A stretch of DNA of 64,000 bases from Macrostomum lignano (lineage: Eukaryota), in the NCBI GenBank assembly GCA_002269645.1, contig NIVC01001197.1, positions 1 through 64,000 on the forward strand. The letters run 5' to 3'. Both the position numbers and the translations under genes were made by a program. Under the pieces are notes generated by a model that saw only the letters and a program-made list of their open reading frames with translations, made no database searches and was not told the DNA's origin. Shown piece by piece: positions 1 through 12,910 of the stretch (positions within the stretch are counted from its first letter, which is position 1; every line of letters starts with the position of its first letter).

Positions 1-25
1 TTCTAAATCATACGTTTCATTTTAG

Positions 26-3000
26 CTTGCCCAAGCGTTCAGAAATGGGACTCCGACAACGGTGAAGTGGTTACTCACACCAATGCTGGAACAACGCACT
101 ATTTGCACTCTATGACATGCAATTGGCAAATTTCTGTGTCGCCAGGCAAGCAAGTAATCGCCTGGTTTACTAGTAACAAACTGTCGAGTCACGGGTATTC
201 GTACGACAGAGTGACATTATACGATGGTCTCAGTGGTTCAAACACTTTGGTCAGCGGCACTTCTATTCCGACAGAGGTCGGATACCGGTCCATCACAAAC
301 AGCATGAGGTCCGGTCACAACAGATGCCACTTGCATTCTACGGCTTTCGAATGCGATACAGCATTGCGGAGAACTGTAAGTTAGAGTTTATTCAGAGGAT
401 TAGAGGACATACACGATAGAAAAAACCTATCATTCTTTCAGTTTCCAGTCTGTGATGGTCGGAAAATTCTTCAAGCCAGCCAAGGCAAGTTTTCGCCATG
501 TGAACTCATCATCCCTAACTATTTGAGACGTATGATATGCTACTGGACCATTACCGCGCGCCATTGGATACAGTGTAGTGGCTCACATTACATCATTCAG
601 CCTCTACCCGCAATGACTATGTCAGCATATCTGAAGGAATTCGAGGCTCACCATACATCGCAAGATACTACGGACGGAGTGAATTTCAGATTGTCAGTTC
701 AAGAGTTTTCGTTTCACAGTCAAATGCGATGCTTGTATATTTCACGTCGGGTGGAACAGGCTCTGGCTTCGGGGTGAAGTACAACACAACCGAAAAATGT
801 GAGCAAAGCTTACAGTTGTAACTACATTTTTGACAAACAAGCGCAATCTAATCTCTCTTAAGTTTTGGCTCATAAACTGAGTTTTGATTAGTTAAAATTG
901 TAAAACGTGTTGCAATGCCCAATGATAGATTCATGTACATGTCCGCTTGTACCGCTTACACTATTGATGCAGACACGTCACAGTCTTGAAAAGAGTTCAT
1001 TTTTCACCATGAAGCAGCGCTTTGATATTTTTATTGACCTATACTTACCACCAGTCTGTCAAGGCACGGAGCTCCTGACCAACGACACTGAGAGCTGGTC
1101 ACCACTCGTCTGCAGGAACTATGGGCTTCTTGATCAGCTCGGACTGCTACTGGGTGATCAGAGTCTCTCCCTCAAAGCGAGTGGTGGCTCGTTTTACCTT
1201 TTTTTAACCTAACTTCCCGTTATGATAGCGTCACTCTGTATGACGGAGCCTATCGCTCAACAGTTCTGGCTACCCTCGAGAGCAGCTTCTCGGACACCAC
1301 GCGGGATTTCATAAACGACAGAAAACGTCTTGACCGTGTATCTGCGTATTCCATATAGCAGCCAATCACTCGGAATCAAGATGAAATACGAAGCTTCAGA
1401 TACCTGTGAGTTTTGTGTACATTCGGATCTGCTAAAATGTGTCTTCGAGAATGTTTAAACGTACTCACGGTCGTACATGTACATGTACAGCCTGCCGCTC
1501 CTCTCCCTGCCGCTTGTTCATTCTGGTCCGTCCCTCATCTTAAAGCTGCAATTCTTGTTGTCCTTTGGTTTTCTTGTTGCTGTTCCCTTTCCGTTTCTCT
1601 CTCGTTTGGGCTCGTCCAATCAGGTCTCTAGCCGCAGAGGCACTGATTTGCTAGCCTTCCCCCTTCTCTCTCTCTCACCCTTCAACTCAGTGAGTTTTCC
1701 CTCCCACTTCCAGCCACCACATGGCTTAGCCCCACTCAGCCCCTTTCTCATTCCACCCTCTCACCCCACGGTTGCAGTATTTACGAGCATATACACACCC
1801 GCTCTCGCCCCCCTGCTCTCTTTCTATCCTCTAACCCTTCGCATGCTTAAGTTAGTGAAAGGAAAATGAAATATTTATTAGAAATATAGAAGCGAAACGA
1901 AGTCAGCTATCCCGGTAAGACAAAGCGTTATGCTCTTCGTTTATTTTTCTATCTCCTTCTAAATTCTTTCTTCCCCTCACAGTCTTCACTCGAGCATGCG
2001 AAGCGTCTGTAGCCTCCACAAAAGTGTCCAGCTCTCTGGTGCTGCTGAGTGGTAGCCTTATCATTCGCACCTCCCTCTTGTCGTAGGGCTGGACGAGTTT
2101 CAGTAGGCTTTCTGTACGACTCAGAGGGTCTTCGCTCTCACACCTAGGCAGAAAGACCCCCTGGGCAGTCCAGTACCCTAACCCAGATCATCCCGTATGC
2201 TGTCCGCACAGACGGAAGCGGGAAAATACAACACATGTTTAATATAGATTGTACGTGTACTGATTCAGTTCAAAGATGATATGCTTTGTAAAATTACTTT
2301 CAGTTTGCGAAAGCTACAAGCTGATAACCGATGGCAGTGGTGAGATCAGCAGCCACCAAGGCGCAGGTGCATTGCCTTACATAAGAGGAATGTCATGCAA
2401 ATGGCAGTTTGTCGGTAAACTCTGGAATTCAAATCTCAGCTAACTTGATCTACTTTAACTTGACGTCAAACTCTGACTCTATTGCTTTGTACGAAGGGTC
2501 AGACGACACCGAATTAGTCACAATTCAAGGTGGCGCCACCACATGGCTACAAAGTTTTTGTCTGTGTCAAACATCTTGACAGTGGTTTTCACCACTGGAA
2601 ATGCTGCTGGAAGTAGTAACAAAGGACTTGGTTTTCGGTTGCAGTACAGCGTTGGTAATAGTGTTGGTGCGTTAAAAATGTATTGCTTAATGTTCTCTGA
2701 GATATGGTGAGTGCTACGATGCATTATTCAATCGTAACTAATGCTCCTGAAATAAATGTATCCGCAGAAGCAGCAACAACCAGTTCAAAACAGACTTCCT
2801 CAAGCACTGCACGCGCTGTTGTCAGCAGTCCAAGTTCGCCAGCAACTGCAAAAATCGTATCAGATACCAGCTCTGCTTTGGAGTCGACAACAACTGGTAA
2901 ACTGTCACAAACTGGTAGGCAATTCATTTCAAACAATTTCTGTTTACGTTCTCTGCAATACGGTAAGTGTCACGACGATTACTTGTAGCGAATGTTCTTG

Positions 3001-4620
3001 AAATATCCACAGAACCAGCAACAACTAGTTCGAAACAGACTTCATCAAGTACAGCGCGCACTGTTGTCAGCAGCTCAAGTTCGCCGGCAACTACAAAAAT
3101 CGTATCAGATACCAGCTCTGCTCCGGAGTCGACAACAACTGGCAAACGGTCACAAACGGGTAGGAAATTACTTTTAAATATTCTTTTTGTTTAAGTTCTC
3201 TTCAAGATGGTGAGCGTTACAATGTATTACCCGCAACAAATGTTATTCACATATCTGAAGAACCGACAGCAACCAGTTCAAAGCAGACGTCAGCAACCAC
3301 AGCGCGCGCTGTTGTCAGCAGCCCAAGTTCGCCAGCAACTGCAAAAATTGTATCAGATACCAGCTCTGCTCCGGAGTCGGCAGCAACTGGCGAACTGTCA
3401 CAAACGGGTAGGAAATTACTTTTAAATATTCTTTTGTTTAAGTTCTCTTCAAGATGGTGAGCGTTACAATGTATTACCCGCAACAAATGTTATTCACATA
3501 TCTGAAGAACCGACAGCAACCAGTTCAAAGCAGACGTCAGCAACCACAGCGCGCGCTGTTGTCAGCAGCCCAAGTTCGCCAGCAACTGCAAAAATTGTAT
3601 CAGATACCAGCTCTGCTCCGGAGTCGGCAGCAACTGGCGAACTGTCACAAACGGGTAGGAAATTACTTTTAAATATTCTTTTTGTTTAAGTTCTCTTCAA
3701 GATGGTGAGCGTTACAATGTATTACCCGCAACAAATGTTATTGACATATCTGCAGAACCGACAGCAACCAGTTCAAAGCAGACGTCAGCAACCACAGCGC
3801 GCGCTGTTGTCAGCAGCCCAAGTTCGCCAGCAACTGCAAAAATTGTATCAGATACCAGCTCTGCTCCGGAGTCGACAACAACTGGCAAACGTCACAAACG
3901 GGTGGGAGATTCATTTCAAACAAAATCCATTAAAGTGAAAAGATTTTAATGTTTGCGTACATGCACACTCCTATATAGGGTTTTTATTTTTTGGTAAATA
4001 TCTTTGCAAAATTACACAAATCGATTCATTCCTGATTTTTCAGAGCCGACAGAATCTCTTCCGACTTATATTATCGCCTTAGCAATCGCTGTTCCCTCGG
4101 GTGCGATTGCATTTACTGCTGCAATAGTTGGAATTGTCATCCACAAGGTTTTGAGAAATTATGAAGTGATGCTTTAAGTTCATTAGTAAATCAATTTTTT
4201 ACACCATTTGACATTGTATATTGATCATTTCAGTATCTTCAGAACCTGAAGCGACCCAAAACTCACACAAATTCTTATACTGAGGTAAGAACCTTACAAT
4301 GATTTCGGCTGTCGTGCATTCCCGCACTTCACTAAAATATCCTAAAAGAAACTACTTGAATTTTGTTTATCTTTAACAAAAATTGCAGGGCAGCGCCGGT
4401 CCATATGCACCTGGGACAACGTCAGCGGGAGATTTAATTATCATAAAAATATTTCCTACATATTTTGTCATCTCGACCACGGCTTTCAGTAAAATCCTAA
4501 ATATCATTCCTTCAGATTAAAGAGGACTACTATCTGGAAGCTGACAACGCTGCACAGAAGAATCCCAATGAGGACGACTACTACGACTATATTGGCATGA
4601 ATCCGCAAATAGACCCATAG
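26..4620 (+). pseudogene. 3' part of a CUB-domain/mucin-stalk/single-pass membrane receptor gene, CUB exons frameshifted
   Basis: Four CUB-like exons with AG/GT borders (~26-375, 449-798, 1055-1405, 2304-2654), e.g. MTCNWQI..YDRVTLYDG..GFRMRY, each needing a frameshift. These are followed by five S/T-rich exons, a TM exon 4044-4147 (YIIALAIAVPSGAIAFTAAIVGIVIHK) and tail exons ending IKEDYYL..EDDYYDYIGMNPQIDP* (4516-4620). Confidence 0.75.
2700..3905 (+). repeat. Five ~247-bp tandem intron+exon units, each with an S/T-rich mucin-like exon
   Basis: Unit recurs at about 2761, 3008, 3255, 3502 and 3750 (TTSSKQTS..TARAVVSSPSSPATAKIVSDTSSAPES). Copies 3 and 4 are nearly identical. Each exon has an AG acceptor and a GT donor. 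Confidence 0.9.
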
Positions 4621-6082
4621 CTCAGCGCACATTGCTGCGCCTTGAGTAATATGAGATGCAAATCAACGACTGGAGTTTGCTCGGACTGTTTAAACGGAAA
4701 CACTAAACTCGTTTTCAACTTTTTAGTTTCTACTCTAACTCAGGTTTGCAAGCAATATGGTGCCTCAAAACCGAAGTCTTTTATCTGCTTATTCGATAGA
4801 AAGAAATATTCTGCCATCGGCGCTACAGCTTAAAGTTTCCAACCAAGTTAATTGAGCAGCTAGCTAAGTTACTTTAGGTGGATTCTAAATAATATTAAAA
4901 TCATTGAGTCTTCTTTATTCCCTTGCGACCTTGAAAAAGTTACCTTCAGCAATCAGCACGATTTTTTTGTCTCAGTGGTCACTTAATTAATATTGTTGAA
5001 ATAACCTAAGTAGAAATAAGGGTTGTTGTAATCAAATTTTTGTCGGTTCTGACAGGCTCCTGCTACCCTTTCATAGCAGTTTGTAACCATTTCATAATAA
5101 TCGTGATTTCTATTACAAGGACACGCGTTTTGTATTCACTATGCTATCGAATAAGTATTCCTAAGTACATTTTATTTCTGTCTGGAGTTTCTCGCCAATA
5201 TGTTTCGATATTCAGACTTTTAATCTTTGTCTCATGCGGCTATGAGAGGTTTTCTTTACTATAAAGATGATTTCAAATGAAATTTTTATTGAGCCTCTGA
5301 TGCTTTCTTTCTTTTCAACTTATTCACGAAAGTTCAGAAACACTGCTATAGCTAGTATTGTGTAGTATAGAGAACATACAATACGAACTGTTTCTTGTTA
5401 ATACCGTATATGTCGTGTTTGCGTGTTTTTAAAAAAGTATTGCTTTTTATTTATTCCGTTATTCGCCTGAGGGCTTTAATTCAAGTGGAAATACAAATAA
5501 ACTTTGAAAAATGGTATTAATACTTCTGATCAACATAACAAAGAAGGCGTCTTTTTGGTAATACTAAAAATGTCTTCTGTAAGGTTTGCCCATTTTGCAG
5601 AGCAAGACGTGGCCATGGAGACGAGAAGACAATTTTCCGTGCACTTTTCAAGCTGTAGAATTGTGACAGCGGAGGGTTGGAGTTGGAGAGTCGGGAAGGA
5701 AATGGAGACGAAATTCCTCTCGTCCGCACTGTCCAACACCCCATACTGCATCAAATGCACTCTTCGGGACTCTAAACTCTCCCTGTCTGTACTCAGTGCC
5801 AGCCCCAAGTACACTAGACAGTACAAGACAGCAGTCATCTACCTCAAATTCTCTGCGCCTCTGCTTGCTGAGTGACTATAAGCGCGATCTGTATTGTTTG
5901 TTCTCATGGACGCGCAGGGTACAAGGGAGGAGTAGCTGAGCTAGAAAGAGACAGAACTATGATATACGAGTATACGAGTATAGATGCGCTTCAAGGTAGT
6001 TTGCAGCCAAAGTATTTCGGGTGAGACCACTTTGCCGCCGATGAACCTTTCCTTAATTTTTCGGGGTGATTTCTCAGTAGTT

Positions 6083-7661
6083 ATGACAATGATCGGTCGT
6101 ATTAGTCAGCACCTGACGTTTTTGTTACTACTACTATTGGCAATTGGTGAGTTTTCTTGACATTTTGTCTATATTATATTTTGGGATGAACTTTTAAATT
6201 GGTCAAGCATTTAGCATTTTACATGTAGCTACAGCTAGTATATGAAGATCGGTTACATGCATATTGGGATTTTACCAGAGGATTCTTTTAGCGATTAGAC
6301 AAACCATGAGATAACGAATTTTAAAATGATAGCAGAATTTTTGTTTGGTTTTACATAAAACTACCGGATTCAGGTTGCGCTGCTGTCACCAAAAAGAATG
6401 GAGCAGACTGCAAAGCGAACACCTGCAAAAACGGCGGTACCTGCAACACATTCACGCCCAGTCCGCCGTGTATCTGCGTGCTGCCTTACATTGCGCCGAA
6501 CTGCGCTACCGCCGCTGACTACTGCAAAACCCTGCAGCCTGACAAGAACATCACAGCGCTGCCTGTGTGCCAAAATGGAGGCGCCTGCACCCTGACTTAC
6601 ACCGATCCGTTCTTTAACTGTACCTGTCCACCTAATTTTTACGGTGAATATTCGGTTTTTCAACTACTATGCTTTAGTGCTTATTTATCTACATTATGGG
6701 GTTTAACTTACACTCACGGTTCTAGCGGAAGATTTTGGTCTGCAATACAATGCAATGTTTGGACTCTTTTTTACAGCCGGTCCTTTTATATCTGCATTTT
6801 TTTATTTCAGGAATTCGATGTCAATTTAGAGTGACCACCTCTGCGCCAACAACCATAGAAATAACAACGGAGACCTACCAAGACGCCACCAGCTCCAGAT
6901 ACTCTGACGGAATCAACGCAACGCTGATGCCGAGTACCAAAAGTCCAGGTAAGAATTATGCTAGAAATCTGCATCTTTTGAGAAACTGCTGCGATCATGA
7001 ACGGCCGCATTTCTTATACTTTTAGGCCCAGTCGACTCGAATCCGTTCGACAGCCTACTGGTGAAGTCCCTCGCCATTGGGATTCCATCCGCAATCGTTC
7101 TCGCACTGATCATTGCTGGCGTTATTGCTCTGATTGTGAAATGCCGCAACTGCGGAAAGGTAAAGTTACGTAATCATAGTAAATCATTAATATTAAAAGT
7201 TATATGCAAGTAACATTACGAAATGGAAATTCGTTTAGGGACCAACATGTAATTGCTTTTTAAAATACATTGGTGGATAGACATTCCTCAGTTTTACAGA
7301 ATTTAGTGAATCATGTCCCTAACAACTAGTATCTGCTCTCCAGGAGATCATTTGAAGAGCTCATACATGTATGCACCAGTTATTACGCCCTCTTTCTCTT
7401 AACTACGCACTTTAGATACTCGTATTTTAGTTTAAAATAGTAGTTAAGTAACATTTTACATGGTTCTGTGGTTGATTTACTGAGCTAACTTTCATCAGTT
7501 AATTTAAAATTTAAGTATTTATTGTGCATATAGAATAGATAGTTCACTAAAACATTTCTAATGTGACATTCATTGAGAAAAATTTTAAAGCATGATTATC
7601 CGCACAAAAGCTTCCCTTCTATCTAATCTGATTCCAGGGCTCCGGAAGCAGATACGTTTAA
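6083..7661 (+). CDS. Intact 209-aa type I membrane protein: signal peptide, 2 EGF-like domains, S/T stalk, TM, short tail ending RYV
   Basis: Manual splicing of 6083-6146, 6374-6643, 6811-6948, 7026-7159 and 7638-7661 (all GT-AG, 630 nt) gives an open frame. EGF motifs are CKANTCKNGGTC..CICVLPYIAPNC and VCQNGGAC..CTCPPNFYGIRC; the TM is LAIGIPSAIVLALIIAGVIALIV. Confidence 0.85.
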
Positions 7662-9249
7662 GGAGACGTCAGACCGAGTCGTTACTTGCAAATGAGGAAT
7701 TAAAAACTGATGTTTTTGAAAACTATGAATTATAAAAATACGTTATTTTGAGGCAGGTATCTGACTTTAACTGATTTTAAACCCCCTGCTCACTTTAGTA
7801 GGTTGGTTGGGTGCAAGTGCTCTGCGTGCGTGCAGAAATTTTATAAAAAACTATTAATGTAATTAAAACTGTCAACTTTGCTAAATCGACTACATTCCTA
7901 TTTTATAGTCTGAATGGTTCTCTCTAACGCTTGTTTTGCTGGAAATCTCATTTTTCGGGTCTACTCTGCAAACAACAAAAAGCCAGCAACATTATTCGTT
8001 AATTTCATACCCAGCAGATATCAGAACTAGAAGCTATTGAAACGCCATAGTATATCTTAGATAGCAACAGGTAGCCAAATGCCCACATATTTTTTTTAAA
8101 TTAACGCATTGACTCTTTTTCAAACCGTTTTAAAATATTTTTGCTTCTATACAGTGTTTGCTCTCTGTTTTTAGCTGTATTTATCTGCCTTAACATTGTT
8201 GTTCCATTCCTTGCAAACTTTGCAGCAATGCCTTTGATTGTAAACTGGAATCTCTGATTGAGTCAATAAACTGATTTGATGTTCCGCATGCAACTGCGTC
8301 AATTTTTCCAGTAGATGATGGTTTTGTGCTGAAAAAGCTTGCAAGTATTCTGGGTGCCTTTATTTTAATAACGAGCTTTAGATCCAGTGGGTTAAGCACC
8401 AGGGGCTTTAGCACCAGGGGCGTTAGCACCAGGAGCTTTGGCACTACTTACAAGTGTGACTAACTATCTAACAAACTAAATATTTAGAGATGACTTTGAC
8501 CAATTCCATTCTAGAGAGATACAATTAGTGAAGTCACTTCTAGAGTCCAAGCAAAAGCGCAAATAGCAAGTGAAACTAAAATACAAAGACTATAATTTCA
8601 GCCAATCTGCAGCGCATCAATTTCAAAGGGCCTGTCATCGCTCGCTCTCGCTTTGCTGTGTTTCGCAACAAAAGTGTTCTGAGTGACGGGTTGCGCAACT
8701 TTTCTTTCACAAAAACACAGTCACAAAATAAAAGAGACAAAGTCACAATCACAAAACACAGAACACAGAACACAGTTACAAAAACAAAAACAAAAACAAA
8801 AAACAGATAGTTTAGCTAAAATTAATTCAAAAGACAAACCAACAGCCCATACAATTGTCACTTTTTGGAATTTTTGGCAGCTGGCTCGCAGGGATCACAG
8901 TGACTCCCGGGCTAGCCATCACCAGCTCATTCGCCTTCGCTTTAGCACTTCTTTCGCTTTGCTGGTCTGCCTTGCGCTTTTGAAGCTGCTTACATTCGTT
9001 ACGCAGATCTTCAATCTCTTGCTCACGGCTTTCAGTGGCCTCCGTGCGCTAAGCAGCAGTTGATTTGCCGCCCCTTTCTCTTTTAGCTTCACCTCTATCT
9101 CCTCCTTCTCAACCGGCTTCTCTTCCAGAATGTGCTTACAATAATCGGCGCCATTGTTACAAATTTTGTGCATTCGCGCCTGTCAGCACCAGATTCGCGA
9201 CTGACACGAATTCGCGCCTCGCTTCGAACACTGCGCGTCAACAGGCTTC

Positions 9250-10080
9250 ATCAGGACAGGTGATTTTCTACAGCGACAGCAGCTGTAGATCACCTTCAAA
9301 AACTTTTACCTGCCCGGTCACCGCCAGTGATCCTTGCCAACCCCGACTCTCTTCTTCTGACGGGAGCCGCTGCTCTGATCGATTTTTGCTCTCGGTTCTG
9401 CAGTCATTTTTTGATTGATTCCTTTTAATTTGCTTTGCATGCCCTGGGACCTGCTTCCGCATCCACCCTGTTTTCCAAGTGCCTTTTGGCTGCCAACCGA
9501 GCTGCTCCCTCTGGATTGTGTCACTTTCGCACCGGCGACGCTGCAGTCGAGGTACATGTAAAACATGTGGAGGGTGGGGCTCGCCTTCGGCAGCGAGACA
9601 AAGATCAAAGCTCTCTGAAGCCGACTCCAACTCAGATTTGCCAGTTCATCAGCTTTCTCATGCGCCATCGTCTGTCACAACAATCAAACCTGCAGGCATG
9701 CATCAGCTCGATCGCCACTCTGCTGCGACTCCGCGACTCTCCGGTGACGACAGACTCGGGACTCGTGAGCCTGGCTTTTCAAAGCTGCGCTGGGCTCGAG
9801 TCATCTGCTGCGACTGCGGTGGCCTTGGAGCTGCTCTGTGGAGCCTCATCTTAGCCGGCTGCTGGGCGATGCTACGGGCGGCCAATCGTCAGCCGCTGTC
9901 AACCGGACGAACGTCGGCAAGGCGTTGCTGGTCAGCGATCTGCGCCTGGGCGTCAAGGAAGCCCGGATTCCGGTTCGCCTGTCCAAGACAAATCAGTTCG
10001 GCGAGCGCCGTCACGTTGTTATTCTGCCCTGCATCTGCAAGAATGCACCGCTGAGCTCCAAAATCATTTCAGCCGAACTC
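9250..10080 (+). mobile_element. Decayed DIRS/Ngaro-like tyrosine-recombinase retrotransposon fragment
   Basis: Frameshifted pieces: RNase H-like QVIFYSDSS, YR N-terminal region PTPTQICQFISFL..LQACISSIATLL, and YR core IPVRLSKTNQFGERRHVVILPCIC. Truncated near 10080. Confidence 0.55.
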
Positions 10081-10639
10081 ACTAGACCAGGTGTCGCAAA
10101 TTTTTTTACCTAAATGGCTAGATAGAGAATCGAGTGTATAACTGCGGGCCAGAGGAGGGGAGGGAGAAAAGATGAGAAGAAAGAATGGAGAGGAGAGGAG
10201 AGAAAGTAAAGAGATTATTGAAAGAAGAGAGCTGAGAAGAGACACTAAACTTGAGCTGGCCGGATTGCAATTGTGAAGTTTTCACGGACCCGAGGGCCAG
10301 ATAGATAGGCTTTGCGGGCGGCATGCGGCAAGCAGGCCGGAGTTTGCCGACCCCTAAGCCTCACTATAGACATAGCTCCCCCTACACAGCCCCGGCATGT
10401 TTTCCAGCCTGCAGTTAGGAGAAGCTTGGATGAGCTTAACTGCAGGTCGTTTCCGGCGCGATTTGTCTTGCTCTTTCACTAGACTGGCCTTCTGTGAAAC
10501 AACCTTTCAATGCACAGCCTGTGTTGAGGCGGTGCCAGCTACGCCAGGCGTGCATCAAAGCCATCGGCGACTGGAAGAGCGATGCGGTTCATTTCTATGA
10601 GGGCCAGCAGCCGCAGGTGGCCGGCAGTGCTGTTCACAA

Positions 10640-12830
10640 GTTCACTCGTCCACAAGTTTTGGTTTGCGCATAGTTTTGTTTTGTGCCACCTCTGTGGTCT
10701 AGCTCTTTCCTTTCCCCGCGGTTTAAGTAAAGTACACAGAGCTCTAATTAATAAGTCGGTCAAAGCCAACAAGTTAGTACTGTATTTAATGAGCTTGTTG
10801 CATGCTGCATTCCAATGTAAGAATGTAAAGAATTTAAAGAATATAAAGAATGCTTATTTAAAGGAATGCAAAACCGGCATGTTTCAGTCAGAAAAGCATG
10901 CAGTTTCCAGATAAAAATTTAAGCCTCTCTGTTGGTGTCAAGTAAATAAACCGTTTAAATTCTTTGCTCAGGTTATCCGCAACTTTTGTGAATATTATAC
11001 AAGCTACATCTTTATTGGCTGTGCTCTTAACTGAGTCTTTTTAGAATTACGGATTCTGCTCCAAACTATTTTTTCATTTTCATAGAGCAAAAGCAAATTA
11101 TACTCTCGTACCTTGTTTGCTTCTTGAGCACTCCTTGTGTTTGCGCTCAAAATCGGCTAAAATACGAGACCCCAGTGATCAAATGCCTTGAAACCACTTT
11201 GAAAAGTTCTTTCATCTCTTTCCTTCGACCCATTTGAAGATGCTTCGTTTAATTGTTTGAAAATTTCTGTGTAAGCCTGGTTGAGAGTAAAAGCATTGGT
11301 GCACGCTAGGAGAAGGCCTAGCATCCGTGTTTCTAATATTTTTTTTTCTATTTTGTTGAGTATAAAGCAAGCCTTTCTTGCCACTGTGTTAATCGTAAGG
11401 GCATTTAAGATGGGGGTGAGATGGTTGGCTTGGTTGGGATGTGGTGCGTGCGACGTTGGTGTGTTGGGGGGCGGGCGCTATTTAGTCCAGTCTCTGCTTT
11501 GTGACGATATCTGGTCCGAGTTCGCGTGCTGACGGGCTGCTATTAAAGTAGTGAGTAAACACACAGTTAGTGGTGACGATAACTGACGGCGCCGATAATT
11601 CGATTACGGATTATGTATATTTGCAGGTTACACATGTAGTGGTTATTGCTGATGCTAACTGGTAACAAACAATTGCAGTGTCAATGGAATGGCTTCGAAG
11701 ATGACCTTAGTGGGTAACACTACTAAATTGAAAGCGATCTTGAACTACTGTTTTTTCAGTGTTTACTAAAATCAATCAGTGTTTACTAAAATCAAATGAC
11801 TGGCGATAGGAACAGCAGCCGCACACCACGCTCAGTCTTCTCCGAAGCCACAGAATTCAAAATGTTAAATATAACTATTTAATGCAGTAAAACAAAGCAT
11901 TGCTTACTATTTTCAATAAACATAAAAGTGAAACCAATTGATATAAATAAAGTACATATTAAATATTTTTTAGTAGATATTAATCGACGAACTGGGAGAA
12001 TAAAAGAACCACCAACGTCACAGCTTGTGCTTAAATTTTTTTCTGTCGTTTTATCTTCGACCATTCAATGCTTAGCAACAATAAGTTTTGGATCGCACAG
12101 GGGTTTTGTTTCCGCCCACCTCTGGTCTTGCGCTTTTCCTTTCCCGCGGTCAAAGTAGAATTGCACCGAGCTTTGATTATTAAGTCGGTCATGACCATCA
12201 TGTTTGTACTGCATTTGATTAGTTTGCTGCTGCATGCTCGACCTTTATTTAAAAGGATGAGAAGCCGCCATGTTTCATTCAATAAAATATGCAGCTTTCA
12301 GAGACGACTTTAAAGTCTGTCTGTTGGTGTCAAGTTATTAATTAACCGTTTAAGTTCTTTGTTTCATCAGTTCACAACTTTTTATGAATATTATACAGAC
12401 TATATCTTCAATGTATGTGCTCTTAATTCAGCAATGAGTCTGTTTAGAACTACGGATTCTGCTCAAAACAGTTTTCCAAGTTCATAAAGTTTAGCCTTGC
12501 AAAATGGTCTCAGTTTCGTAGAGCAATAACGAATTATACCCTGTTTGCTTCTTGAGCACTAGCTACTTGTGTTTGCGCTCTCAAAATGCTGCAACACGAG
12601 ACCCACTAGCTATATACGAGTGAACAAATGCCGTGAAAACCCTTTGAAAAAATATCTCTTATCTTTTTCCATTCGACCCATTTGAAGATGCTTCATTCAA
12701 TTGTTTGTGAATTTCTGTGTAAACCCTGGGTAAGCCTGGGTAAGAGAAAAAGCATTGGTGCACGCCATGAGAAGGCTGGCCTAGCATCCGTGTTTCTAAT
12801 ATTTTTTTAGTATAAAGCAAGCCTTGTTGT
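10640..12830. repeat. Diverged direct duplication (~10640-11400 versus ~12070-12830) of an unidentified decayed element
   Basis: Collinear shared blocks, e.g. ccacctctg..ttcctttcc(c)cgcgg..taagtcggtca, ttcgacccatttgaagatgcttc, aaagcattggtgcacgc and gcctagcatccgtgtttctaatatttttt. Confidence 0.75.
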
Positions 12831-12910
12831 GAGAAAATCTCTCAGAAGCAAGTGCAGCAGAATTTTCTTGGCGATTTCGAAGAATCCAGAGAGTTCTGAA
12901 ATATTTTAAT

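Noticed and set aside
8390-8444. 15-bp tandem repeat (agcaccaggggcttt) and nearby (caaaaa)n as coding repeats
   Set aside because: Short intergenic simple repeats with no supported gene context.
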